Source: an uncultured delta proteobacterium
Lineage (GTDB): Bacteria > Desulfobacterota > Binatia > Binatales > Binataceae
Direction: 5' to 3'
Length of the DNA stretch: 64,000 nt
Assembly (NCBI GenBank): GCA_963842085.1
Contig: CAWJET010000001.1
Coordinates: 3,180,342 to 3,244,341, forward strand
Below the pieces are notes generated by a model. That model saw only the letters and a list, made by a program, of their open reading frames with translations, had not been told where the DNA came from and ran no database searches. Of this stretch, positions 1 through 10,017 are shown piece after piece. A program made the translations under genes and the position numbers. The first letter of the stretch is position 1. Every line of letters begins with the position of its first letter.

Positions 1-414
1 CTCCGCGCCGGCGAGCTTCGCATCCGACTCGCGCACCGTCACGCGGCCCGCAAGATCGACGTCGAAGAGGTGAATCTTGCGATAGGCAGCGATCTGGCCG
101 CCGTCGGGGCCGAGCAGCACAGAGGTGTTGTAGCATCGCGAATCGCCGGTGACCTGCTCGGTGATCGATCCGGCGATGAGGTGGATTCCCAGCTCGCGCG
201 CGAGCCGCGACATCAGCGCCAGCGATTGACCGTCGAGCGTTTCCGCCGCCGCCGCCTGCTCATTGCGTTTGCCGCGCCAGTTGAAGACTTCGGGCAGCGC
301 GACCAGGTTTGCACCGCGAGCAGCGCCGACGCGGACGAGCCGTTCGGCGCGTTCCAGGTTTGCCGCTTTGTCGGAGCCGGCGCTCATCTGGATTGCGGCT
401 GCCAGGTAGGTCAT
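1..414 (-). CDS. Carbon-nitrogen hydrolase (nitrilase/Nit1-like), runs off the window edge
   Basis: Manual translation from ATG at 414: MTYLAAAIQMSAGSDKAANLERAE...LVALPEVF...YRKIHLFDV (nitrilase E and K motifs). Not in the ORF track because it is partial. Confidence 0.85.
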   Translation of the reverse strand, partial: MTYLAAAIQMSAGSDKAANLERAERLVRVGAARGANLVALPEVFNWRGKRNEQAAAAETLDGQSLALMSRLARELGIHLIAGSITEQVTGDSRCYNTSVLLGPDGGQIAAYRKIHLFDVDLAGRVTVRESDAKLAGAE

Positions 415-456
415 CGCGGGATTTCCCTTCGGCATTATTGCGCGTTGAGCGTCGGG

Positions 457-783
457 TTAGTAGCGCGGCGTCGCCGGATCCGCGGTCTCGGACCATGCGT
501 CGATTCCGCCTGACAGATTGAGCACGTGCGCGAAACCCATCCGCAGAAGGTACATCGCGACCTGCGCGCTGCGGACGCCGTGATGGCATACGACGACGGT
601 CTCGCGGTCGGGATCGAGCTCGGTCAGGCGCGAGGGAATGTCGCCCATCGGGATGTGACTCGCGCCGGGGAATGGCGCCAGCGAAACTTCAAATGGCTCG
701 CGCACGTCGAGGATGAAGATACGCTCGCCTTGATCGAGGCGGGCCTTGAGCGCCGCCGGTTCGATTGCGCCGATGTCAGGCAT
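457..783 (-). CDS. Rhodanese-like sulfurtransferase
   Basis: ILDVREPFE, CHHGVRS active-site loop, LSGGIDAW. Confidence 0.9.
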   Translation of the reverse strand: MPDIGAIEPAALKARLDQGERIFILDVREPFEVSLAPFPGASHIPMGDIPSRLTELDPDRETVVVCHHGVRSAQVAMYLLRMGFAHVLNLSGGIDAWSETADPATPRY

Positions 784-807
784 CAGGCGACCGGGGCGCG
801 CGCCGCG

Positions 808-1320
808 CTACTCTTTGATGTCGTTTGAAAACAGCTCGACCTTCGAGAACACCGGCAGCTCGGTGCATGAAATCGAAAATCCGAACGTGTCGCTCTGACC
901 CGGCTGGATCGGATCGAAATGCGGCTTCTCGTTCAGGATTTTCTGTATATAGGGGTCATCAGCCAGGCTCTCGGCATGATGGTTGTAAAGGCTCTCGCCG
1001 TGAAGCACCTTGCCGTCCTGATCCTCGAACGCGAAGTGCAGGCGGACATAGTCTATCGGCCGACCGCTGACGTTGGTTATTTTGCCCGCGATTACCAGGC
1101 TCGGCGGCATGCAGCACGAATGCATAATCACGTCGCGCGTGATTACAACTTTAAGCTGGTCGTTGGGAACGACCTGGGTCTTGGGATGATCGTAGCGAGC
1201 GTGCATGTCCGCTTCCGCTGCGGCATCCTCGCTATTCTTGAACTGGACGTGAGTGGCGGCAAAGGTAGCGCTGGCCACAGCGAAGACCAGAAAAGTCGCG
1301 ATTGCGATTGGCTTTTTCAT
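808..1320 (-). CDS. Secreted hypothetical protein (FxLYD-like Ig fold possible)
   Basis: Signal peptide; IAGKITNVSG...FEDQDGKV...IQPGQS pattern. Confidence 0.6.
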   Translation of the reverse strand: MKKPIAIATFLVFAVASATFAATHVQFKNSEDAAAEADMHARYDHPKTQVVPNDQLKVVITRDVIMHSCCMPPSLVIAGKITNVSGRPIDYVRLHFAFEDQDGKVLHGESLYNHHAESLADDPYIQKILNEKPHFDPIQPGQSDTFGFSISCTELPVFSKVELFSNDIKE

Positions 1321-1410
1321 GTCCTTGACCCCTGTCAGCCGATCTTGGTGCGGGGCTTCGCCAATGTCAATCTGCTAATTGAAGGCTAGTGTAGCCGTGG
1401 CAAGAATCAC

Positions 1411-1884
1411 ATGAGGGCCGCTGAACACCTGCAGTTTATGGCCAAGGCTATTGCTGAAGCCCGTCGCGCTGACGCCGAGGGTGAAGTTCCGGTCGGCGCG
1501 ATCGCGGTCGCGAATGGGCAAATAGTCGGCGCAGGGCACAACCGGCCGATCGGGCTTGGCGACCCGACGGCGCATGCGGAAATTCTGGCAATCCGCGCGG
1601 CCGCCTCGACGCTCAAAACGTACCGGCTTACCGCCGTGTCGATATACGTCACGCTCGAGCCGTGCGTCATGTGCGTCGGTGCGATGCTGAATGCGCGAAT
1701 TGCGCGAGTGGTGTACGGGGCGCGCGACGACAAGGCAGGCGCGCTCGGCTCGGTGTACGATATCGGCCGAGACGGCAGGTTGAACCATCGATTGGAAGTC
1801 GTCGGCGGGGTGATGGAGTCCGAGTGCGCGGAGCTGATGCGCGGATTTTTTCGCGCGCGGCGCGGTGCGAAGAGCGCCGATTAA
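1411..1884 (+). CDS. tadA: tRNA adenosine(34) deaminase
   Basis: EVPVGA, PTAHAE and TLEPCVMC motifs. Confidence 0.95.
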   Translation: MRAAEHLQFMAKAIAEARRADAEGEVPVGAIAVANGQIVGAGHNRPIGLGDPTAHAEILAIRAAASTLKTYRLTAVSIYVTLEPCVMCVGAMLNARIARVVYGARDDKAGALGSVYDIGRDGRLNHRLEVVGGVMESECAELMRGFFRARRGAKSAD

Positions 1885-1901
1885 GAGAAGCGGGCGGGGC
1901 A

Positions 1902-2243
1902 ATGGGCAACTTCAGATTCTATCGGCGCGTCTCGATCTTTCCGGGACTGTCGGTCAACGTCTCGAAATCGGGACCGAGCGTGACGGTCGGGATGCGCGGC
2001 GCGCACTTCACGTTTGGCAGCAAGGGAATTCGCAGGACGGTCGGCATCCCGGGCACCGGCATCTACTATACGTCGCACAGCGGATACCATTCGGGGGTGC
2101 ATTCGGCGCACGTCGAGCAACCGATTTCTGAAAGTCAGCAGACGACGGCGCACGGGATCGCGCAGTTGATCGGGTTGATGGTCATCATCGGCGCCGTGGC
2201 GTTTGCAATCGCGCTGGTCGGCTCGATCGCCGGCCGCAAGTGA
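1902..2243 (+). CDS. DUF4236-like protein with C-terminal TM helix
   Basis: MGNFRFYRRVSIFPGLSVNVSKSG...TVGIPGTGIYY. Confidence 0.8.
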   Translation: MGNFRFYRRVSIFPGLSVNVSKSGPSVTVGMRGAHFTFGSKGIRRTVGIPGTGIYYTSHSGYHSGVHSAHVEQPISESQQTTAHGIAQLIGLMVIIGAVAFAIALVGSIAGRK

Positions 2244-2282
2244 TTCCGGGTGCGATCCCGAAATCTCGTCCATTCGGGAAAG

Positions 2283-3068
2283 CTACAGCGTCAGGCCGCC
2301 GTCTACGACTAATTCCGCGCCCGTGATGTATTGCGCCTCATCGGAGGCGAGAAAGAGCGCCGCGTGCGCTGCGTCCCAGGCAGTGCCCTGGCGGCCCATC
2401 GGGCAGTGCGCATCGCGCTGGTGCATGATCTTGGCGACTTCGTCGGGCGGCAGGTCGCGGTAATAGGTGCGGATGTGCGGCGTATCCATCATGCCGAGCA
2501 GGATCACGTTGCAGCGGATTTTCTTTGCGGCGTACTGGCGCGCAATGACGCGGGTCATGTGATTCAGCGCGGCCTTGGAGGTGTGATACGAGAAGTACGG
2601 CACCGGGCTCCATCTGATACTGGCGACGGAGGAGACGTTGATGATCGCGCCGCCGCGCGCCTCCATGTGCGGAATCGCATACTTGCACATCATGAAGACG
2701 CTCTTGAGATTGACCGCGTGTACGCGATCCCAGTCCTCCTCGGTGGTTGAAACGGGATCGCCGGCGATCTCGATTCCCACGTTGTTGTGAATGACGTCGA
2801 TGCGGCCGAAGCGCGCAATGGTTTGATCGACAATCGCGCGGACGTCTTCCGAGCGGCTGACGTCGGCGGCGATCGCGATTGCGCGTCCGCCCTCCGCTTC
2901 AATCGCGCGCACGGTTTCCTGCGCCGCCGCGAGATTCTGGTCCACCGCGACGATCGAGGCGCCTTCGCGCGCGAACAACATCGCGGCCGCCTTGCCGTTG
3001 CCCATGCCGTCGCCGGAGGTGCCGGCGCCGGTAACAATCGACACTCTGTCCTTGAGGCGCGTGCCCAT
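2283..3068 (-). CDS. SDR family oxidoreductase
   Basis: VTGAG..G.G, NNVG, YHTSK (YxxxK), ITGAELVVDGG. Confidence 0.95.
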   Translation of the reverse strand: MGTRLKDRVSIVTGAGTSGDGMGNGKAAAMLFAREGASIVAVDQNLAAAQETVRAIEAEGGRAIAIAADVSRSEDVRAIVDQTIARFGRIDVIHNNVGIEIAGDPVSTTEEDWDRVHAVNLKSVFMMCKYAIPHMEARGGAIINVSSVASIRWSPVPYFSYHTSKAALNHMTRVIARQYAAKKIRCNVILLGMMDTPHIRTYYRDLPPDEVAKIMHQRDAHCPMGRQGTAWDAAHAALFLASDEAQYITGAELVVDGGLTL

Positions 3069-3092
3069 AGCCTTTCTCCGATCGATATTTGT

Positions 3093-3878
3093 TCAGGCCG
3101 TGCCCGCCGGCCGCAATCCCAAAAGCCGGTCGGGCGCCTGCGGTATGGTCTTCCAAAGGTCCGGGTCGTGTCCCGTGATGATCATCGCGCCGCCGTCGCG
3201 CAGCGCGCGCAGGCGCCGTATCGACTCGAGCATCTGCTCGCGATTGTACATCGCGGTTGGCAGATGGAAGTTGTCGAGCGTGCGGCGCAGGTAGCAGGCG
3301 TCGCCGGTCATCACTATTTCTTCGGAGCCGATTCGCACGCGCAGAGATTGATGGCCAGGAGTGTGGCCGGGCGTGGGGATGCACACGACCGAACCGTCGC
3401 CGAAGACGTCGTGCTCGCCGTCGATCATTTTCACTTTGTGCCCGTGGTCGTAGTCGTGCGGATCGTAGTAAACGCTTTCGATCAGCTCGGCATTGTGGCC
3501 GGCCTCCCACTCGCGGCGCTGAATCAGCAAGGTCGCGTTAGGCAATTGCTCGTTGCCGCCGCAGTGGTCGAAATGGAGATGCGAATTGATGATGAAATCG
3601 ATCTTCGACAGCGCCATGCCGAGCGACTCGAGACGCGCCGCGATCTCCTCGCCGGGCTTGAATCCCACCGTGTGATAAGGGGCGAGCCGTCCGAGGCGGC
3701 GATTCGGATCGGTTTGCGTCTCGAGGTGGAGGCCGCTGTCGAAGATCGCACGCCCTTTCGGATGCTCGATCAGATATGCAGGCACGGGCACCGTGAGGCT
3801 TCCCTTTTCGCCCGCGAGCAGAAGCGCGGCCGGAAGAGTCAACCATCCGCACGTGAACGCATAGACGTTGAGCGACAT
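3093..3878 (-). CDS. Metallo-beta-lactamase fold hydrolase (N-acyl homoserine lactonase family)
   Basis: SHLHFDHCG, TPGHTPGHQS, GDACY, TGHD. Confidence 0.9.
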   Translation of the reverse strand: MSLNVYAFTCGWLTLPAALLLAGEKGSLTVPVPAYLIEHPKGRAIFDSGLHLETQTDPNRRLGRLAPYHTVGFKPGEEIAARLESLGMALSKIDFIINSHLHFDHCGGNEQLPNATLLIQRREWEAGHNAELIESVYYDPHDYDHGHKVKMIDGEHDVFGDGSVVCIPTPGHTPGHQSLRVRIGSEEIVMTGDACYLRRTLDNFHLPTAMYNREQMLESIRRLRALRDGGAMIITGHDPDLWKTIPQAPDRLLGLRPAGTA

Positions 3879-4009
3879 ATAAACCTCGTCTGCGAATGCC
3901 GGCGCGCGCCGGACGAGCCGATTTACAGTCTGGCAAATTTCCCTTACACCAAACAGCGGCCCCGCGCGATCAACAGCGCCGGCGCCTAACGCTCTCGCAG
4001 GAGGTTGTC

Positions 4010-4561
4010 ATGAGCCTGGTCGCGTATCCCGATATTGCGAGCCTGCCCGAAGAAGTGCGCACTGCTATTGCGCGGGCTCCCGTTCAGCTCAACATCTTCA
4101 AGATGATGGCGAACGCCGAGACCTGTTTCATCCCGCTGACCCGGCTGGGCGGCACGATTCTCAGCCGCCAGCAGCTCGACGCGAAGTTGCGCGAGCTGGC
4201 CATCCTGATGGTCGCGAAGATCGAAGGCGGCGAGTACGAATGGATTCAGCACGTGCCAATCGCGATTTCCGTCGGCGCGACGCCGGCGCAGGTCGATGCG
4301 CTCGAGCACGACGCGATCGATTCGCCATGCTTCAGCGAGGTCGAGCGCGCGGCGCTGCGCTTCACCGAAGAAGTCGTAAATCGCGTCAAGGCTGACGAGG
4401 GGACAGTCAGGGAACTGACGAAATTTCTGTCGCCGCGCGAAATCGTCGAACTGATCCTCGCGATCGGATTCTACATGACGATGGCGCGGCTTACGGAGAC
4501 GACGCGCACCGATCTCGATCCGTCGGCCGGCACCAAAATCGTGGATGCAATCCGCCGATGA
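4010..4561 (+). CDS. Carboxymuconolactone decarboxylase/AhpD-like protein
   Basis: LRELAIL...YEWIQH motif; GGAGG RBS before ATG 4010. Confidence 0.85.
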   Translation: MSLVAYPDIASLPEEVRTAIARAPVQLNIFKMMANAETCFIPLTRLGGTILSRQQLDAKLRELAILMVAKIEGGEYEWIQHVPIAISVGATPAQVDALEHDAIDSPCFSEVERAALRFTEEVVNRVKADEGTVRELTKFLSPREIVELILAIGFYMTMARLTETTRTDLDPSAGTKIVDAIRR

Positions 4562-4630
4562 CGGAGCGTGAACTCCTGCGCGGCGCCGTATAGTTCGTCC
4601 ATCGCTCGCGAGCGTGTTACATATTGAGCA

Positions 4631-5761
4631 GTGAGCACAACGGATTCGATCGTCATCGATTGCGACTCGCATGTGATGGAGCCGCCGGACCTCTGGGAGA
4701 AGTACCTCGAGTCGAAGTTTCGCGATCGCGCCATCCGGATCGTCAAAGATCCCGGTGACGGGCTCGAGGTCCTGATGGTCGACAATCAACCGCTCCTGAA
4801 AGGGATGCTCGCCGGACTTGGCGGCGCCAATCAGCCGCGCCAGGAACTTTTCATCCCGGGCCGGCTCGGCTACCTCGATGGATGCCCGCCCGCGAGCTAT
4901 CTCCCCGCCGAGCGGGTCAAGCTGCTCGACGAATGGGGCGTGAACGCTGGCGTGCTGTTCCCGACGGTCGGAATTCTTTGGGATGTCGCGGACCACGAAC
5001 TGGCGGCGGCCTACGCGCGCGCCTACAACAACTGGGTCAACGACTTCGCCAGCTCGGTGCGCAGCCGCGTAATTCCGATCGCGCACATCGCGTTGCAGGA
5101 CGTCGATGCGGCGCTGGTCGAGCTCAAGCGATGCCTCAAGCTGGGATTCAAGGGGATCTTCCTCGCGCCTGAAAATGTAGCTGGACGACGCTTCTCTCAT
5201 CCTGACTTCGATCCGATCTGGCGCGAGTGCGAGGAAGCGGGAATCCCCGCCTGCCTGCATGTGATCGTGCGCTTCAACCGCCCGCCGGGAATTATCGGGC
5301 AGTTCTACCAGCCCGGCGAGTTTCGCACCGTGTTCGGATTCGCGCTCGGCGGGTTTGCGCAGGTAGTGCCAGCCGCGATGACGATGGTTGCCGACGGTCT
5401 GTTCGATCGCTTTCCCCGCCTCAAGGTCCTGTGCGTCGAGGCGGGATGCGGTTGGGCGCCCTACATCATGGACCGGATGGATCAGAAGTATGAGTTGCTC
5501 GGGTGGACCTATCCGACCAGGTTGAAGCCTTCGGACTACTTCCGGCGCAACCTGTGGGTGGTTGCAGAGCCCGAGGAGCGCACCATCGGTGCTGTGATGG
5601 ATTTGCTCGGCGAAGATCGCGTGCTCTGGGGCTCGGATTTTCCGCACGTCGATTCCAACCTCGAAGCGCCGCAGCTGATTCGAAATTCAATCTCGAATTT
5701 GAGCGTATCCCGGCAACGCAAGCTGCTCGGCGAGAACGCGCGCATCGTGTTCCCGGCATAG
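4631..5761 (+). CDS. Amidohydrolase_2 family protein
   Basis: IDCDSHVMEP, CLH, VEAGCGW, WGSDFPH. Confidence 0.92.
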   Translation: MSTTDSIVIDCDSHVMEPPDLWEKYLESKFRDRAIRIVKDPGDGLEVLMVDNQPLLKGMLAGLGGANQPRQELFIPGRLGYLDGCPPASYLPAERVKLLDEWGVNAGVLFPTVGILWDVADHELAAAYARAYNNWVNDFASSVRSRVIPIAHIALQDVDAALVELKRCLKLGFKGIFLAPENVAGRRFSHPDFDPIWRECEEAGIPACLHVIVRFNRPPGIIGQFYQPGEFRTVFGFALGGFAQVVPAAMTMVADGLFDRFPRLKVLCVEAGCGWAPYIMDRMDQKYELLGWTYPTRLKPSDYFRRNLWVVAEPEERTIGAVMDLLGEDRVLWGSDFPHVDSNLEAPQLIRNSISNLSVSRQRKLLGENARIVFPA

Positions 5762-5815
5762 CTAGACATCGGGGTAGGAATGAAATGACATCTTCAGAAC
5801 CGTGGTGCGGACGCG

Positions 5816-6019
5816 ATGCCGAGTGACAAGGCCAAGGCAAACAAGGCGCTGACCGCGACCTGCGTCGCGTGCAAGAAATCCGTATCAACGGAGAGCGCGG
5901 TCGCGCTGACGGGCGTCGAGGACGGACACCGCCAGCAGTACGTCGTGTGCAACGCATGCGCGAACGGCGGATGGCGTCCGCCGGGCTTCGTCGGCTTGTA
6001 TGCGTTCCGCCGCGAGTAG
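5816..6019 (+). CDS. Small hypothetical protein with CxxC...CxxC
   Basis: CVAC and CNAC; fills the gap between convergent genes. Confidence 0.6.
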   Translation: MPSDKAKANKALTATCVACKKSVSTESAVALTGVEDGHRQQYVVCNACANGGWRPPGFVGLYAFRRE

Positions 6020-6029
6020 CGAGCGAGAG

Positions 6030-7382
6030 CTAAACTTTGTACAGGCGTTTGGCTTCCGCTCGTAGTTCCGATCTGAAGTCGGGATGCGCGATCGAGACCA
6101 ATTCGTCGATGCGTTGACGAATCGATTTGCCCTTCAGAGTCGCGATGCCGTATTCGGTCACCACATGATGCACGAAGCCGCGCGGCGACGTCACCACGCT
6201 GCCCGCGTCGAGCACCGGCACGATGCGCGATACGCGCTTGCCATTGACCGTCGAGCTCGACGGCACCACGATTACCGTCTTGCCGCCCGCCAGGCACGCG
6301 GCGACGACGAAGGCCGTCTGCCCACCGGTGCCGGTGTACATCAGCGGTCCGATCGACTCGCCGTTGGTCTGCCCGGTCAAATCTACCGCCAGCGCGTTGT
6401 TGACCGAGATGAGCCCTTCTTCTTGCGCGACGAAACGGATGTCGTCGGTGGTGTTGAAATCGTAGAGCGCGAACGCGGGATTGCCGTCGATGAAATCCAG
6501 CTCTTCGCGCGGTGTCAGCGGCGCGAAACCGGCGCCGACCACCAATCCCGGAAATAGCTTCTTGTGCTTGCCGGTCAGCACGCCCGCCTCCACCAGCGGC
6601 GCAGTGTGCAGCGGAATAATCTCGGTCTGCATCCCGAGCTCGTGATGATTGAGGAGATGCTGGCACAGCTTGCCGGACATCGAGCCGACGCCAATTTGCA
6701 GCGTCGCGCGATCGGGGATCAGTTCCTTGGCGACCGTCGCGCAGACCGTCGCGATATTTCGCGCTTCCTCTTCACCGGGCTCGGGCAGGTTGATCGCCGG
6801 CAGCTCGACGGTGCGCTCGACGAAGTAGTCTATTTCCGAAATATGGATCGAGTTGTCGCCGCCGACGCGAATCGAATTCTTGTCGATCTCCGCAATCACC
6901 AGGTTGGCGTTGCGCGCGAGCAGCTTCGACATGATCTGCGCTTCGCCGAAGTTGCAGTAGCCATGCTCGTCGGGCGGCGACACGGTCATCAGGTACACAT
7001 TGAAATTGTCCAGCGCGGGCGGCAGATGCCCGGCGCGATAGTACTGAATCGGCGTGAAGTCTGCCGCGCCGCGATGGTAAATCGCGCGGTCGTACGGCGA
7101 CAGGTACATCGACTCGAGGCGGAAGCGCTCGCCCAGCCCGGGCAAATCCCAGTTCATCACGGCGGCGCCGTGATTGACAACGACGTTATCCAACTCCATC
7201 AAGCGCCCCGCGAGCGCGGGGCAGAGCTCGAACGGCGTCGCCTGCGCGATCGACAGACACACCCGGTCGCCCGACTTGATCTGCGCGACAGCTTCGTCCG
7301 CCGCGACCAGCCGCGCACCTAGTTGTGCGCGCCAATCGCTCCCGGATTTTTGGCCGCGATGCTGGCTCGATGCGGTCGCCAT
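6030..7382 (-). CDS. Acetyl-CoA hydrolase / 4-hydroxybutyrate CoA-transferase family
   Basis: VSPPDEHGYC, TLQIGVG, VDLTGQ, GTGGQ, VVTEYGIA, IAHPDFR. Confidence 0.92.
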   Translation of the reverse strand: MATASSQHRGQKSGSDWRAQLGARLVAADEAVAQIKSGDRVCLSIAQATPFELCPALAGRLMELDNVVVNHGAAVMNWDLPGLGERFRLESMYLSPYDRAIYHRGAADFTPIQYYRAGHLPPALDNFNVYLMTVSPPDEHGYCNFGEAQIMSKLLARNANLVIAEIDKNSIRVGGDNSIHISEIDYFVERTVELPAINLPEPGEEEARNIATVCATVAKELIPDRATLQIGVGSMSGKLCQHLLNHHELGMQTEIIPLHTAPLVEAGVLTGKHKKLFPGLVVGAGFAPLTPREELDFIDGNPAFALYDFNTTDDIRFVAQEEGLISVNNALAVDLTGQTNGESIGPLMYTGTGGQTAFVVAACLAGGKTVIVVPSSSTVNGKRVSRIVPVLDAGSVVTSPRGFVHHVVTEYGIATLKGKSIRQRIDELVSIAHPDFRSELRAEAKRLYKV

Positions 7383-7383
7383 C

Positions 7384-8376
7384 TCAGGCGGCAGCAGCGA
7401 GCGTGGGGTTGATTCCCATCTCGCGCATGAAGGCTGAAGTGCGCTCGTTCAGCAACCCCACCTTTTGCATGTTACTGACGACGGTCTGATGCATCTCGCG
7501 GCGGAAAAGTTTACGGAACAATGCGTATTCGCTGCCGAGCGCGATTTCCTTACGCGCCTTGCGGACGGCTTCGATATCGGCTGCGCTCATGCCGATCGTT
7601 TCGTAGGCTTCGCGTGGAAATTGCCCGGTCATAACGAGCACCAGCGCCTCGCGCGTGAAGTCCTCGAGTTCGTGCAGGTCACCGGGGCTGAGGCCGCGAA
7701 TCTCGTCGGGCAGGCTCAGGATCGAGAAGCCCATGTGGCGCGATTCGTCAGCCAGGATGCGCCGGCAAATTTCGCGCAGCAGCGGATCCTTTGCGGTTTC
7801 CATCAGCATCCGGAACAGCGCCACCGCAAACGTCTCGGCCAGCAATTGCAGACCGACCGTTTTGATGAACCATTTGCCATTGCCGAGGATGTAGTCGAAC
7901 AGCGTCTTGATATTCCCGGTTATCGGATAAATCCGGCCGCCGCACTTCTCGAGCAGGTAGCGGCTCAGCACTTCGGCGTGCCGCGCTTCATCGACGACCT
8001 GCGTCGCCTGGAAAAACTTCGCGTCGTTGCCCGGCACCATGTCGACCAGTTGGCTGCACGCGAGCATCGCGCCTTCCTCGCCATGGAGCAGTTGCGACAG
8101 CCGCCAGCATGAGAACTCGACGTTGAGCCGCTGGAACTCGCGCGGTTCGAGGCGCTCGAGCGTGGGAGTGCCGTGGCCGTCGACCAACTCGTCGGCGAAG
8201 ATGCCGTGCTCCGGGTCGACTTCGAGTTTCCAATCGATGTCGCTCGACGCGTTCCACTGGTCGCGCTTGGCATTTTCGTAGAGACGGCGGAGGTCGGGAG
8301 CCTCGACCGCGTAGTAGCGCTGGAAGGTGGTGTCGAATGAAGTCGGGATTCGGTCGGCGATCGAATTCGATGACAT
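7384..8376 (-). CDS. Ferritin-like diiron protein (AurF-like)
   Basis: LYENAKRDQW, SQLLHGEEGA, DEARH, DESRH. Confidence 0.85.
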   Translation of the reverse strand: MSSNSIADRIPTSFDTTFQRYYAVEAPDLRRLYENAKRDQWNASSDIDWKLEVDPEHGIFADELVDGHGTPTLERLEPREFQRLNVEFSCWRLSQLLHGEEGAMLACSQLVDMVPGNDAKFFQATQVVDEARHAEVLSRYLLEKCGGRIYPITGNIKTLFDYILGNGKWFIKTVGLQLLAETFAVALFRMLMETAKDPLLREICRRILADESRHMGFSILSLPDEIRGLSPGDLHELEDFTREALVLVMTGQFPREAYETIGMSAADIEAVRKARKEIALGSEYALFRKLFRREMHQTVVSNMQKVGLLNERTSAFMREMGINPTLAAAA

Positions 8377-8536
8377 AAGAACGCGCTCCTGGGCTCGCTT
8401 GAGAAACCTCATCAACGCTAGCAAATTCCAGCATGATCGGAAAATCGGCGGCAACGCGGCTAATCGGCGCATCGAAATCAAGGCGACGCAGGTCAGCTTG
8501 ACTGCGCCGGAGCAAACATCGATGCTCGTCTGTCGC

Positions 8537-8626
8537 GGAGAGGTTCGGGAGTCTGGTTTAACCGGCCTGACTCGAAATCAGGTGAGCCTAACGGCTCCGG
8601 GGGTTCGAATCCCTCCCTCTCCGCCA
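8537..8626 (+). tRNA. tRNA-Ser(CGA)
   Basis: GGAGAGG acceptor stem pairing with CCTCTCC-G-CCA; anticodon arm CCTGA-CTCGAAA-TCAGG; long variable arm; GGTTCGAATCC T-loop. Confidence 0.96.
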
Positions 8627-10017
8627 CACAGTTGGTAGTGTTTAGCTACAGCCCGGAGATGGCGACAAATTCGCGCGTGGGCGGGCCGATTCGCGCAGCT
8701 CGTGGCACCGGAGAGCGCGACCAATCTTGCAAATCGCCAATTCGCCGCGATTCCTCTCTGTTCCGAAGAGATTCGGTGCCACGAGCGGATTCTGTGCGAT
8801 CGCCCCTTGACGCTTCTCGCTTCGCTAGATCGATTGGTCCTTAGTGGGTAAGTAGCAGAGAGGCCCGGCCCTCTAATCCGCAAGGAGCCGCTGCTGCGCG
8901 TCCCATTCGATCGGAAGACCGGCCTGAGTCTTGAGACGCTCGGCAGAGAGACAGACCCCTTGCCGCCCCGCGCAGATGGATTCCACGACTGCTGGAGCGA
9001 GCAGGGCTAGCGGCACCATATGACGCACATAGCTTTCGCTCACACCTTCTCGAATGGCGATCTGACTGGTTAAAGTGGCAGTTCCTGCCGCGAGTTCGCC
9101 GAACCACTGGTACCCGCGGGCCAATGCTCGAAGCAGGGCAGGATCTGTCCGCGGAGCTACGACCGCTTCGCTTGGGAGCACCAGCGCGTTTCCACGCCAC
9201 GACGCCTCATCTGCAGCGGAACAAGACGGGTCATTCGGAGGTTGGCTCCGCCGGCGGGGAACCGATCGGGTGGCAGAAGCGCTCGTAGATTGAGTGTGAT
9301 CTGCATTCCGTCCCGCCTTAGCTCGACTCGCTCTATGAGCGTCCCCGTATCCTCTGCCGTCTCGACCCGCTGATGAGATTTGACCTTCGAATCGATTGCC
9401 CCGACCGCCTGCTTGAGTTCTGCAGCAGCGAAGCCAAAAGCTCTGAGGGTTGAGGCCAGCGCCCCGCGATCCGAGAGCATTGGTCTTGTGCCGGCCATTA
9501 CCGCCAGTTCAGTTCGTTCGGCAGGCAGGCGCCACCCACGTTCATCCGGCTTCGCGGTTCCCCTGACCAGCCTCTTCGAGACGAAGTACCTGTAGCGCCG
9601 CTGTCCTTTTTTCGCCCAGCAGGAATACAGCGGCTCGCCGCTCTGATCGAAGAGTTTGCCCATGAGGAGGCCAGGGCTTCTTCTGACCGTTCGTCCCCGA
9701 GGGTGAGCGGCTTTCTGGCTCAGCATCTCCTGAACCTGCTGCCAAGTCACTCTTTCGATTATCGCTTCGTGCTGACCCGGGTAGGTGACATTCTTGTGCC
9801 GGATCTCGCCCACGTAGACCGGATTGGCGAGCAGGTGATAGAGCGCGCAGCGTCCGAAAGGGAAACCGCCGTGCCGTACACTACCTCTCGACACCCGTTG
9901 CTTGGAGAGAATCGACCTGCGGTCCAGTTCTTTTTTGACCCTACGCAAGGTCTTGAATTCGAGATAGAGCTTAAAGATCAATTGCACCGTCTTAGCTTCG
10001 GCTTCGTTTACCACTAG

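Noticed and set aside
3093-3878. Quorum-quenching system
   Set aside because: Family membership alone does not establish AHL specificity, and no luxI/luxR genes are nearby.
2787-5647. Long ORFs 2787..3989(+) and 3986..5647(-)
   Set aside because: They lie antisense to clear SDR/MBL and CMD/amidohydrolase genes, as is common in GC-rich DNA.
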